Positions 47,847 to 57,194 of a DNA stretch of 64,000 nt are shown here, piece after piece. Source of the DNA: Clostridiaceae bacterium (GTDB taxonomy: Bacteria; Bacillota; Clostridia; Clostridiales; Clostridiaceae). Position numbers and translations under genes: made by a program. Under the pieces are notes generated by a model. It ran no database searches. It saw only the letters and a list, made by a program, of their open reading frames with translations, and had not been told where the DNA came from. The DNA lies in the NCBI GenBank assembly GCA_029219285.1, contig JAQXTC010000131.1, positions 9,758 to 73,757 of the forward strand. Reading direction: 5' to 3'. Position 1 is the stretch's first letter, and every line of letters begins with the position of its first letter.

Positions 47847-49016
47847 ATGATTTATGATTTAATAGCTACTACTACTTTTGGACTTGAGGGTATAACTGCT
47901 AAAGAATTAAGAGCGTTAGGTTATGATGATGTTAAAACAGAAACTAGTAAAGTGCATTTTTCTGGTGATGAAATGGATATAGCAATTGCTAATATTCATT
48001 TGAGAACAGCTGATAGAGTACTTATTAAAATGGCAGAATTTGAGGCAAGAACTTTTGAAGAGTTATTTCAAGGAACTAAGAAAGTTAATTGGAGTAGGAT
48101 AATTCCTAAAAATGGTGTTATGCATGTTGTTGGTAAATCAGTAAAATCAACTTTACATAGTGTTCCTGATTGTCAGTCAATAGTAAAAAAAGCTATAGTT
48201 ACAAGTATGAGTGAAGCTTATGGTATGGATAAGTTTCCTGAAAATGGACCATTATACAGAATTGAAGTAGCAATTTTGAAAGATAAGGTTACATTAACTA
48301 TAGATACTTCAGGAAGTGGGTTACATAAGAGAGGATACAGAGAAAATTCTGGTGCTGCTCCATTAAAAGAAACTTTAGCAGCAGCTATTGTATATTTGTC
48401 AAGATGGAGAGAAGATTATGTGCTTATAGATCCATTCTGTGGTTCAGGTACAATACTTATTGAAGCAGCTATGATTATGCAAAATATAGCTCCAGGGGTT
48501 AATAAGACTTTTGCTTGTGAAGAATGGCCAACAATGCCAGCCTATGTTTTTAATCAAGTAAGAGAAGGTGCAAAGAGATCTGAAAAACATAAGGATATTA
48601 AACTTTTTGGTTATGATATAGATACATGGGTATTAAGGACAGCACAAGATAATGCGGAGAAGGCTGGAGTGGCTGAATATATAGAATTTCATAAAAGAGA
48701 TTTTAAAGAATTTTCTCATAGGAATAAGTATGGATTTATTATAACTAATCCTCCTTATGGTGAACGTTTAGGAGAAAAGGAAGAAGTAGAAAAATTATAC
48801 AAAATCTTTGGAAGGCTTAAGGAAGAATATCCAAAATGGGAGTTTAATGCAATTACTGCCTTTGAAGGATTTGAAAGACCATTTGGCAGAAAGAGTTCTA
48901 AGAATAGAAAGCTTTATAATGGTAAACTTAAGTGCTATTATTATCAGTATTTTGATAATGATAAAATTAAGGGCCTTGGAGATACTGTACTTCAAGAAAT
49001 AATAAGAAATAGTTAA
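47847..49016 (+). CDS. THUMP-domain class I SAM-dependent RNA methyltransferase (UPF0020/RlmL-N/YpsC-like)
   Basis: 389 aa. DPFCGSGTILIEAA (SAM motif I) and FIITNPPYGERLG (motif IV). Confidence 0.85.
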   Translation: MIYDLIATTTFGLEGITAKELRALGYDDVKTETSKVHFSGDEMDIAIANIHLRTADRVLIKMAEFEARTFEELFQGTKKVNWSRIIPKNGVMHVVGKSVKSTLHSVPDCQSIVKKAIVTSMSEAYGMDKFPENGPLYRIEVAILKDKVTLTIDTSGSGLHKRGYRENSGAAPLKETLAAAIVYLSRWREDYVLIDPFCGSGTILIEAAMIMQNIAPGVNKTFACEEWPTMPAYVFNQVREGAKRSEKHKDIKLFGYDIDTWVLRTAQDNAEKAGVAEYIEFHKRDFKEFSHRNKYGFIITNPPYGERLGEKEEVEKLYKIFGRLKEEYPKWEFNAITAFEGFERPFGRKSSKNRKLYNGKLKCYYYQYFDNDKIKGLGDTVLQEIIRNS

Positions 49017-49025
49017 AATAAAAAG

Positions 49026-49057
49026 CCTGCAATCTCATTTTTGAGTGCAGGATTTTT
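49026..49057. terminator. bidirectional terminator between convergent genes
   Basis: CCTGCA (49026-49031) ... TGCAGG (49046-49051) with inner CTCA/TGAG pairing. AAAA on the left flank and T5 on the right. Confidence 0.7.
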
Positions 49058-49061
49058 AATA

Positions 49062-50804
49062 TTAATTCATCCTTTGAATGTTAAGTGTTTCAAGTTTTTC
49101 AGGGTCTGCATATAGAGTTTTATTAGTATAATATATTACCATGCCAGGTTTTGCACCATTTGGCTTTTTTAAGTTCCTAACTTCGGTGTAATCTACAGCG
49201 ACTTTTGAACTGTTTTTTCCTTTACTATAGTAAGCAGCAAGAATAGATGCTTCAAATAATGTTTGATCATCAATATCAATCCCTTTAACGATTACGTGAG
49301 AACCTGGAATTTCTTTTGTATGAAACCATAAATCATTCTTATGAGCAAACTTTAAACTTAAATAATCATTTTGAATATTATTTTTACCTACATAAATGTC
49401 AAATCCGGTTGAAGACTTAAAATGTAGAGGTTTTTCATCTTTTATCTTTTTAGTTCCTTTTTTCTTAGGTCTAAATTTAATATAGCCTGTTTCCATAAGC
49501 TCATCTTTTATTTGATCAATTTCATTATAAGAATCAACATTATGTATATTAGTAAGAACTGAATTAAGATAGGTTAATTCATCATTATTCTTTTCTAGTT
49601 GTTCTATAGCCCATTCTTCAGCTTTCTTTAATTTATTATATTTCTTATAATATTTTTGAATGTTTTCAGATGGTGATTTATAAGGATCTAAAGCTATTGT
49701 TAAATATTCATTTTCTTCACTATAGAAGTTAAGAAGAGATACTTCAGATGCACCTTTTTCAATGTTATAAATATAAGAAGTTAATAGATCGCCTTTTATT
49801 TTATAGATATCTTTTTTTGCACCCTCTTCTAAATTAGCATTAAGGATTTTTTCTTTTTTTAAGCATCTTTCGATATTGGTATGAACAAGTTTTTGTAGAT
49901 CTGTAGATCTGTTTGATAATCTTTCTTGTTTATCTTTCATATTGTAAAAATCATCAAGCATTGATGAGGCATTATCAAAATGAATTTTTTTGTAATCTTT
50001 AAAAAATGCATCTAAACTAAAGCAATAAAAGTCTTTATAAATTCCTTCTTGTGTAACATATATATTAAAATCAATATTATCTTCAGAGGTATTTATGAAA
50101 TTAGTTATAAATTCGAATAACTTATCTCTATTATTTAAGTCACCACCATTTTGTAATGCCTCTAAATACATATCATTAGATAATGGTTTTGATACACCAG
50201 TTAAAATTTTTGAAAAGAAAAGTTCATTAAATTCCAGTTCATTAGAATTTAAGTAATTATTGAAGGTTTCTTTAGATAATTCAAAAGGGTTAAGCTTTTT
50301 TGAAGCTGGTGGATAAACATAATCTGTTCCAGGATATAACACTCTAAAAGTATTTATGTTTGGAGTTATATGTTTAATACATTCCATTATTTTATTATCT
50401 CTATCTCGCACAAGACTTATATTTGAATGTCTGCCCATTATTTCAACAATTAAAGAATAAGTACTGTTGAAGCCCATTTCATCAGAAGATTCTATTTTAA
50501 AAGTTACAATTCTATCTCCAGCCTTTTGTGTTATTTCTAAAATTTTGCCTCCAATTAGATATTTTCTTAGAACCATTAAAAACATTGGAGCTTTTAGAGG
50601 ATTTTCCTTTTGAATTTCAGTGAAGTGAATTCTTGGAAATTTAGGTGAAGATGAAATAAGCAATTTATGATTTTTTCTATCTTTTCTAATAGTTAGAACA
50701 ATCTCATCTTTTTCAGGTTGATTTATTTTATCTATTTTTGATTCAAGTAATATTGGTTTTAAATTATTAAGTAAACTATTTAAAAAAATTCCGTCTAAAG
50801 CCAT
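49062..50804 (-). CDS. rqcH: ribosome quality control factor RqcH (NFACT family; historically fibronectin-binding protein A)
   Basis: 580 aa. N-terminal MALDGIFLNSLLNNLKP...INQPEKDEIVLTI (NFACT-N), a central coiled coil, and C-terminal WFHTKEIPGSHVIV (NFACT-R/DUF814). Confidence 0.88.
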   Translation of the reverse strand: MALDGIFLNSLLNNLKPILLESKIDKINQPEKDEIVLTIRKDRKNHKLLISSSPKFPRIHFTEIQKENPLKAPMFLMVLRKYLIGGKILEITQKAGDRIVTFKIESSDEMGFNSTYSLIVEIMGRHSNISLVRDRDNKIMECIKHITPNINTFRVLYPGTDYVYPPASKKLNPFELSKETFNNYLNSNELEFNELFFSKILTGVSKPLSNDMYLEALQNGGDLNNRDKLFEFITNFINTSEDNIDFNIYVTQEGIYKDFYCFSLDAFFKDYKKIHFDNASSMLDDFYNMKDKQERLSNRSTDLQKLVHTNIERCLKKEKILNANLEEGAKKDIYKIKGDLLTSYIYNIEKGASEVSLLNFYSEENEYLTIALDPYKSPSENIQKYYKKYNKLKKAEEWAIEQLEKNNDELTYLNSVLTNIHNVDSYNEIDQIKDELMETGYIKFRPKKKGTKKIKDEKPLHFKSSTGFDIYVGKNNIQNDYLSLKFAHKNDLWFHTKEIPGSHVIVKGIDIDDQTLFEASILAAYYSKGKNSSKVAVDYTEVRNLKKPNGAKPGMVIYYTNKTLYADPEKLETLNIQRMN

Positions 50805-50965
50805 AAATTTTCATCCTTTCTTACCTTTAAGTATAGCATTAATTAAATAGTAAGTTAAGATTTAATTAAAACTTAAAAAATCAGATTATTTTTTTATTGT
50901 AATGGGAAAAGATAGAGAGTATTATTGTATTTATAAGAATATATTAAGAGGTAAAAAAAGTGATA

Positions 50966-51958
50966 ATGAGTAGAAGAGCGAAATACATAATATTAAATGT
51001 AGTATTCTGTTCTTTATTCTTAGTGTCTTGTAGAGAGAGTAAAGTTGAAAAGATACAAGGAGTTACCTTAAATAAGGGTGCAATTATTGCATTAAATAAC
51101 GGAAATTACGAAAATTATGATCTGCAAGAAGGCAAGTATAGCAAAATAGAGAGTGAAGAAATTATAAGAATATATGATGAAGATAGTGGGAATTATGTTT
51201 TACAAAAAGAAGATCAATATCAATACTTTTATGATGGAATAATTAATAATTTAAATGATATTGGAAGTAATGTTAGCAATTTAAAACTATCACCTAAAGG
51301 AAGATATGTATCGTATTTTAGTAATAATGAAGGTCTAGGTCTTCACTTAATCAATTTAGATAATAATAGTCCTATTGAGTTTGAATCAAATGTACTTATT
51401 TCAGGGACTTTCTTGGATTGGTTAGATGAAGAGAATATAGTATATTATGGTATTAGCAATGATGGTGTTAATGGTATATTTCAATACAATGTTAAAGATA
51501 AAGTAGAAAAGTTATTTTATAAGTTAGAGGGAGGGTATATTCATTTTATTAAGAATGTTGAAAGTGGTGTTGTTTGTATACAAGAAACCATTGATAATAA
51601 AAAAATAGTAAGGCTTCTTAGTAAAGATGGAAATGAAAAAGAAGTGTTGTCTGGGGAACTAAATAATGCTTATGATGTGGTTTATGATGGCTCAAAGTAT
51701 TACTTTTTAGGTAAATCAACTAACAATATAACTTCCATATATAAATTAGAAAATAATAAACTAAAAAGAATGGTTTACGATTTTCCTAAAACAATTAATG
51801 AAAAAAAGGGTCTGAGTATTGATGATGAAGGTAATATTCTTTTTGTAGGAGCAAATTCTAGTGACAATAAAGAACAAATATATAAGATTCAAAATGATGG
51901 TGCGGTTAGTGTTGTAGAGTCGAATTCCGTGGATTATGATTTTGTAAAATATCAGTAA
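50966..51958 (+). CDS. lipoprotein, possibly beta-propeller (TolB/WD40-like) fold
   Basis: MSRRAKYIILNVVFCSLFLVSC has a lipobox LVS|C. The repetitive beta-strand-rich body has recurring YF/YY...G patterns. No catalytic motif seen. Confidence 0.55.
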   Translation: MSRRAKYIILNVVFCSLFLVSCRESKVEKIQGVTLNKGAIIALNNGNYENYDLQEGKYSKIESEEIIRIYDEDSGNYVLQKEDQYQYFYDGIINNLNDIGSNVSNLKLSPKGRYVSYFSNNEGLGLHLINLDNNSPIEFESNVLISGTFLDWLDEENIVYYGISNDGVNGIFQYNVKDKVEKLFYKLEGGYIHFIKNVESGVVCIQETIDNKKIVRLLSKDGNEKEVLSGELNNAYDVVYDGSKYYFLGKSTNNITSIYKLENNKLKRMVYDFPKTINEKKGLSIDDEGNILFVGANSSDNKEQIYKIQNDGAVSVVESNSVDYDFVKYQ

Positions 51959-52042
51959 AAAATTACTGGTATTTTTTTTATTTTTTCAAGAATAAAAAGT
52001 AAATAAATGGCAATTATTATGTATATAAAGGAGGCTTCGTTG

Positions 52043-53407
52043 ATGAACAAAAGAATCCTTATTGAAAATATTAATATTAAATTTGCCAGAAAAATTACCA
52101 AGAATCAATCTGATAAATATGGAGTTCTCCCATTATATTTAAAGAATAATATTGTTTATGTAGCTAGAAGTAAATTAACTAGAGAAGGGGAAGAATTTTT
52201 ACAATTTTTGCTTAAGAGTCCAATACAGTTTATTGATATTTCAGAAGAACAATTAAAGCTATTAGCAAACGCAGTATTGGATTATGAATATGAAAATTTA
52301 GAAGAGGTAATTTTTAATGAGGCTATTAGTTTAAAAGCTTCAGATATTCATTTTGAACCTAATAAAGATGATGTAATTGTTAGGTTTAGAATACATTCTG
52401 CACTTGTAGTTGTTAAAAAATTAAATTTAGAGGAATACGCAAAGGTATTGTTAAGGCTTAAAGTGAATTCTAACATGGATATTGCTGAAAAAATGCTTCC
52501 TCAGGATGGAAAACTTAGTATGATTTGTGGAGAAAAAAGGTATAATTGTAGATTATCTACCATACCAGTTGTCTTTGGAGAGAAAATAGTAATTAGAATT
52601 TTATATGATGAAGTAATTGTTAATGATATAGAAAATATGAATTTTACAAGTAATCAAAAAAGTGATTTAGATAAGATAATAAAGGTAGCTAATGGACTTG
52701 TCTTGGTATGTGGGCCAACAGGAAGTGGAAAATCAACTACATTATATGCTGTTTTAGAAAAAATAAAAAATGGCAATATTAATATAACAACCTTAGAAGA
52801 TCCAATTGAGGTGGTCTTAGATGGTGTAAACCAAATTAATATAAATGAAAAAGTAGGGATTACCTTTGCTAAAGGGTTAAGGCATGTGTTAAGGCAAGAC
52901 CCCGATGTTGTAATGATAGGCGAAATTAGAGATGAAGCTACAGCAAAAATGTCAGTGAGAGCTGCAATAACAGGGCATAAAGTATATTCGACCATTCATA
53001 CAAAGTCACCAGAAGAAGTATTCGTTAGGCTTGAAGAGATGGGTGTAAGTGGATATTTAATTAGATCATCACTTGTTGGAATTGTATGTCAAAGACTTGT
53101 TAAAGTTCTTTGTAATAAATGTAAGATAGAAAAAGGGGTAATAAAATTTAATGGGACCGATATTAAGATTTATGAAAAATGTGGGTGTCCTTCATGCAAT
53201 GGTATAGGATATGTAGGGAGAAAGCTTGTTTCATCAGTTGTATATATATCAAAAGAAATAAGAAATAATATAGTTTCAAAATCTTTTTGCGGAGAACAAT
53301 TTCAAAATAAACAGATGAAAGAAATGATTGATTCACTACTTTTAAAAGGTGAAATTGATTTTGAAGAATATTCTAATTTTGTGCTAGGAGAAGAATTGGA
53401 TGAATGA
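52043..53407 (+). CDS. type IV pilus / T2SS assembly ATPase (GspE/PilB/ComGA family)
   Basis: Walker A LVCGPTGSGKSTT, Asp box TLEDPIE, Walker B DPDVVMIGEIRD, His box TGHKVYSTIHT, and tetracysteine CNKCK...CGCPSCNGIGYVGR. ATG 52043 follows AAGGAGG. Confidence 0.92.
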   Translation: MNKRILIENINIKFARKITKNQSDKYGVLPLYLKNNIVYVARSKLTREGEEFLQFLLKSPIQFIDISEEQLKLLANAVLDYEYENLEEVIFNEAISLKASDIHFEPNKDDVIVRFRIHSALVVVKKLNLEEYAKVLLRLKVNSNMDIAEKMLPQDGKLSMICGEKRYNCRLSTIPVVFGEKIVIRILYDEVIVNDIENMNFTSNQKSDLDKIIKVANGLVLVCGPTGSGKSTTLYAVLEKIKNGNINITTLEDPIEVVLDGVNQININEKVGITFAKGLRHVLRQDPDVVMIGEIRDEATAKMSVRAAITGHKVYSTIHTKSPEEVFVRLEEMGVSGYLIRSSLVGIVCQRLVKVLCNKCKIEKGVIKFNGTDIKIYEKCGCPSCNGIGYVGRKLVSSVVYISKEIRNNIVSKSFCGEQFQNKQMKEMIDSLLLKGEIDFEEYSNFVLGEELDE

Positions 53408-54437
53408 AAAATATGAGAATTTAATGATTATTTCAGAAAGCTTAGGTAATCTTTATGAAGATGGAATACAATTTAGCAATGCTTTTGAGATAATGTCTGA
53501 AATACATCTATCCAATAAGTATAAGCAAAGTATGAAAATAATTAGAAATAAGATACTTCAAGGATTTTCATTGTCAGAAGCTTTCTCTATTTTTCCTAAG
53601 TTATATCCAAAGTTTTTTGTGGGTATTATTGCTATTGGGGAAAATACTGGAGAATTATCAAAGATATTAGAGTCATTACATAAGTATTATACAATAAGAT
53701 ATGGAATGAGAAAGGAAATAAGTAATGCATTATTTTACCCAATATTTATTTGTATTTCAATGTTTATTGTATTTTTAATTATTTTTTTTATAGTAATTCC
53801 TAGTATGTATGAAACTATTAAATCAATTAATAAAACAATATCACCAGTATTAGAGACATTTTATGCAATAAGTAAATGGATAGTTAACAATAAATTTATT
53901 TCCTTAATTGCATTAGTTTCTTGGATTACTGCTATAATATTAATTTTCAAATATCTTAAAAAGTTAATGAATATGGAAAATAGTAAATTAATGTTAAGTA
54001 TTAGAGTTATAAGAGAGTACTATGAGTACATATTTATACTTATTTTATCAATAATAATGGAAAGTAGCATTCCTTTAATTAAGGGACTTGATCTTAGTAT
54101 GAATTCAAATTCTCATAATTTAATAAATAAAGAACTACTGATATTAAATCAGAATATACTGAGAGGCATGGATTTAAGTAGTAGCCTAATAGAAAATAAA
54201 TTTCTATCTAAATATAGTTTATCTTTAATCTCTATAGGAGAAAATAGTGGAGATTTGACTAAATCTTTAGTAAGTCTTGAGAATAGACTGCAAAAAAGAC
54301 TGCAAGATAAGATAAAAAAACTTACTGCATTGGTAACACCAATATTTATTGCTTTCATGTCAGTTATTGTATTTATATTTATTTATGTTTTAATAGTTCC
54401 AATAATAAACTCTATGTATTCTGGAGTTGGAGTATGA
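53400..54437 (+). CDS. type IV pilus / T2SS platform protein (GspF/PilC/ComGB family)
   Basis: 345 aa. Duplicated T2SSF repeat with IAIGENTGELSKILESL and ISIGENSGDLTKSLVSL. 8-nt overlap with the ATPase gene. Confidence 0.9.
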   Translation: MNEKYENLMIISESLGNLYEDGIQFSNAFEIMSEIHLSNKYKQSMKIIRNKILQGFSLSEAFSIFPKLYPKFFVGIIAIGENTGELSKILESLHKYYTIRYGMRKEISNALFYPIFICISMFIVFLIIFFIVIPSMYETIKSINKTISPVLETFYAISKWIVNNKFISLIALVSWITAIILIFKYLKKLMNMENSKLMLSIRVIREYYEYIFILILSIIMESSIPLIKGLDLSMNSNSHNLINKELLILNQNILRGMDLSSSLIENKFLSKYSLSLISIGENSGDLTKSLVSLENRLQKRLQDKIKKLTALVTPIFIAFMSVIVFIFIYVLIVPIINSMYSGVGV

Positions 54438-54916
54438 AAAGTGGATTTACGCTTATTGAAGTAACTGTTTGTATGGGAATTATTAGTATTATTTTACTTA
54501 TGGGAGCTATGGGATTAAGGTCATTTGATAAAATATCAAATGAAATCGAAGAAGATGAATTTTATTATGAGATAATGGATTTTATATGTTATGGGAGAAA
54601 GTATAGTTATAGTTGTAATAAAAAAAGTACTATTCTAATAAAAAGAGAGGATGAAAATGTTAAGCTTATTTTTTCTATTGATAATAAGAAAATAAAAGAA
54701 GCTTCATTAAAGTCAGAAGTACAAGTATATACAAAAGATTTCAAAGAAAAGTCAAATATCAAAATTATTGATATAAATGAGGAAGGATATATTAAACCTA
54801 CAACTATATGTTTTAGGGGTAGTAATAATAAAGAAAGAGAGATTACATTAGGGGTAGGTGGTAATAATACATCTTTTAAAGAAAAGAGAGAGGGCAAGTG
54901 GGTCAATATTAGTTGA
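54434..54916 (+). CDS. prepilin-type N-terminal cleavage/methylation domain protein (pilin/pseudopilin 1)
   Basis: MKSG|FTLIEVTVCMGIISIILL is a class III signal peptide with Glu+5. ATGA overlap with the upstream stop. Confidence 0.85.
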   Translation: MKSGFTLIEVTVCMGIISIILLMGAMGLRSFDKISNEIEEDEFYYEIMDFICYGRKYSYSCNKKSTILIKREDENVKLIFSIDNKKIKEASLKSEVQVYTKDFKEKSNIKIIDINEEGYIKPTTICFRGSNNKEREITLGVGGNNTSFKEKREGKWVNIS

Positions 54917-55361
54917 ATGTTCAATAGGTATATTTATTTTAATAATATGCATAATTGTATCGTTGCAATTTTTAAAGAAGCTTATCTATGCTGAAGAAAA
55001 GAGGAATTCTAGTATTCTCATGAATGAATCTATGTATGCTCTTTCAGAGGAAATTAAGTATAATTATAGTTTTGAAGAGGTGAAAAATTTTATTAAAAAT
55101 AAAGCTGTTACTTTAAAATATGATGATAGGTTTATGGAGAGTGTTATGGATAATTCAGATTTAAATTCTTTTCAGAAAACATATAAAGATGATGAATACA
55201 TCAAGATAACTTTGTGTGAAAATGATATTGATATAGAAAAAGAAGATTACTTCATATTAAATTTTGAAATTAAGTATAAAGATATGATTAAGACCAGAAA
55301 AGTAGTAAAAGGGAAATGGATGGACTATATATGCGTAGAAAAAAAGGAACAACACTCTTAG
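54858..55361 (+). CDS. pseudopilin-like protein 2
   Basis: ...KKRERASG|SILVECSIGIFILIICII has Gly-1, Glu+5 and a hydrophobic helix. GTG start overlapping the upstream gene by 59 nt. No alternative in-frame ATG before the motif. Confidence 0.6.
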   Translation: MVIIHLLKKRERASGSILVECSIGIFILIICIIVSLQFLKKLIYAEEKRNSSILMNESMYALSEEIKYNYSFEEVKNFIKNKAVTLKYDDRFMESVMDNSDLNSFQKTYKDDEYIKITLCENDIDIEKEDYFILNFEIKYKDMIKTRKVVKGKWMDYICVEKKEQHS

Positions 55362-55825
55362 AACTTGTTGTATATATTGGTTGCTCTGTTCTTATATTGT
55401 CTTTGGCAGTTAAAGTATTAATGCTTGATTTTAAAGTATACAATGAGAGGTTATTGATAGAAAAGGATACAAATGATATAGAGCAGTTATTTTTAATTAT
55501 TGAAAAAAACTGTAGTTATTTTACTAAATCAGAATATAGTGAGGAAAATAATAAAGCTGAGTATGTAGAAGTTAATCATATAGGTGTAGCTAATAATAAA
55601 TTAGTAATGGAGTATGAATTGAATGGAAACTTTAATCGAAGAAAAGAGTTGCTATTAGAAAATAAAGAACTGCATCTGAAATATTTTGAATGTAATGATT
55701 TTGCAAAGGTAATTAATAATACTATAATTGCCAGGAATATAGATTCATTTTCCGTAAAGCAAAAAGGAAATGTAATATATCTAACAATTCAAAAGGATGG
55801 AAAGGTGTATAGAAAGCTTATATGA
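55331..55825 (+). CDS. pseudopilin-like protein 3
   Basis: MRRKKG|TTLLELVVYIGCSVLILSLAV has a short basic leader, Gly-1 and Glu+5. The listed ATG 55316 would add 5 aa. Confidence 0.7.
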   Translation: MRRKKGTTLLELVVYIGCSVLILSLAVKVLMLDFKVYNERLLIEKDTNDIEQLFLIIEKNCSYFTKSEYSEENNKAEYVEVNHIGVANNKLVMEYELNGNFNRRKELLLENKELHLKYFECNDFAKVINNTIIARNIDSFSVKQKGNVIYLTIQKDGKVYRKLI

Positions 55826-56229
55826 AGAAAGGTTATGTTGTAGTTAATTTACTTTGTATCTTAGCAATAATATCACTAATCCTAATAATATCAAGTAAAA
55901 TAGTGTATAATAATGAATTTCAAAATAATATTGATATTAACAGTAGGAATAAGTATATTGATGCTGATTTGGAATTGAAACTATGTAAGATTAATTATAT
56001 CATTCATAAAAATAATGTAGATTTGAATAAATTAGTTAATTCTAATGAAACCATTTATATGGAAAATGACAGTATAAGTATATGTTTTGATAAAAATAAT
56101 AATAGGTTCAAAATTGTCTGTTTTGATGATTATGATAAACGGTATGATTTTAATGTTAGGTACGAAGAGGATGAAGAGGGGAAAGTTTTTATTATTCCAG
56201 AAAAAAAATATGCTATAAGTACAAGGTGA
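55822..56229 (+). CDS. pseudopilin-like protein 4 lacking Glu+5
   Basis: MKKG|YVVVNLLCILAIISLILII has a prepilin-like leader and helix, but Asn at +5. ATGA overlap with the upstream gene. Confidence 0.5.
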   Translation: MKKGYVVVNLLCILAIISLILIISSKIVYNNEFQNNIDINSRNKYIDADLELKLCKINYIIHKNNVDLNKLVNSNETIYMENDSISICFDKNNNRFKIVCFDDYDKRYDFNVRYEEDEEGKVFIIPEKKYAISTR

Positions 56230-56233
56230 AGAT

Positions 56234-56827
56234 ATGGGATTTGAAAATTTATATATTGAAGATAAAGCAGTAGTTTATAAGAAAGGTAAATATGATTTAT
56301 TTGATTTTTTTACAAAAATTAAAATGCCCAAAAAAAGAAGATTTTTTATATTAGGTGAGGGAATATACATAAAAAAAATAATTAAAGAAACAAAGGTAAA
56401 TAAAGAATGGATAGAAAAAGTTATTAAAGATCTTTTTGGTGTTAATAATAATTTTTTGTTTCATTATGAAATTAAGAAAAGATATGTATTCTTCTATGGA
56501 ATAACTAAAGCTAATATTGTTTCCAAGTTATCAATGGGAGCAGAAAGAGTTATAGTTGAGCCAATACAGATATATATAGTAAGAAAGTTAAATAAGAAGA
56601 TTAAAGATAAGAAATGGACTTTAATTTTTTGTTTAAATGATAAATTTTACTTATGTAATATAGAGGATGGGATTTTAATTTATGAAAAGATATATGTAAA
56701 TTCTTCTGATATTAATATAAATCTTATTGGAGATAGAGTTTATATTGATAAAAATATGAATGATTTAGTTGGTATAAAAGGTGCTACATATATTGAAATT
56801 GGAGGATTAATTAATGCTAAAGTATAG
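56234..56827 (+). CDS. hypothetical soluble protein in PilM position (about half the PilM length)
   Basis: 197 aa with no hydrophobic segment and no motif I recognise. Assigned only by gene order ahead of two bitopic proteins. Confidence 0.4.
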   Translation: MGFENLYIEDKAVVYKKGKYDLFDFFTKIKMPKKRRFFILGEGIYIKKIIKETKVNKEWIEKVIKDLFGVNNNFLFHYEIKKRYVFFYGITKANIVSKLSMGAERVIVEPIQIYIVRKLNKKIKDKKWTLIFCLNDKFYLCNIEDGILIYEKIYVNSSDININLIGDRVYIDKNMNDLVGIKGATYIEIGGLINAKV

Positions 56828-57194
56828 TTTTTATAAAAACTTTATACCTTCAGAGTTTATTAATGAAAAGTTATATAAGAATGAGATTTCAGATAGAAGA
56901 AGTATAACAATTTTAGCAGTACTATGTCTTTTGATTTTTCCCTTTGCAATTAGTAATTTAAATAATCATGAAGAAGTATTACCGCATACAAATGTTAATA
57001 GAACTGAGGATTTAAATCAATGGGATAAGTTAATAAACAAAGGATTTCAAGGTAAGTATACAAATGAGAAAGCAATAATTACTATAGAAAAGAAAGAGGA
57101 CTTAGATAAACTTTTGCAAGATAAAAATATCTCAGTAGAAAAAATAGAACATAGGAATGATGAAATCTATGAAATCGAAATTATTAAAAGATAA
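56814..57194 (+). CDS. hypothetical bitopic membrane protein in PilN position
   Basis: 126 aa. About 30 aa of cytoplasmic N-terminus (YKNFIPSEFINEK), a single TM ITILAVLCLLIFPFAISNL, and a small C-terminal domain. 14-nt overlap with the upstream gene. Confidence 0.45.
   Translation: MLKYSFYKNFIPSEFINEKLYKNEISDRRSITILAVLCLLIFPFAISNLNNHEEVLPHTNVNRTEDLNQWDKLINKGFQGKYTNEKAIITIEKKEDLDKLLQDKNISVEKIEHRNDEIYEIEIIKR

Noticed and set aside
48795-49002. ORFs 48808..49002 (+) and 48795..48995 (-) at the 3' end of the THUMP methyltransferase gene.
   Set aside because: They lie within the methyltransferase ORF, which continues in-frame to 49016 and is followed by a terminator. There is no independent signal.
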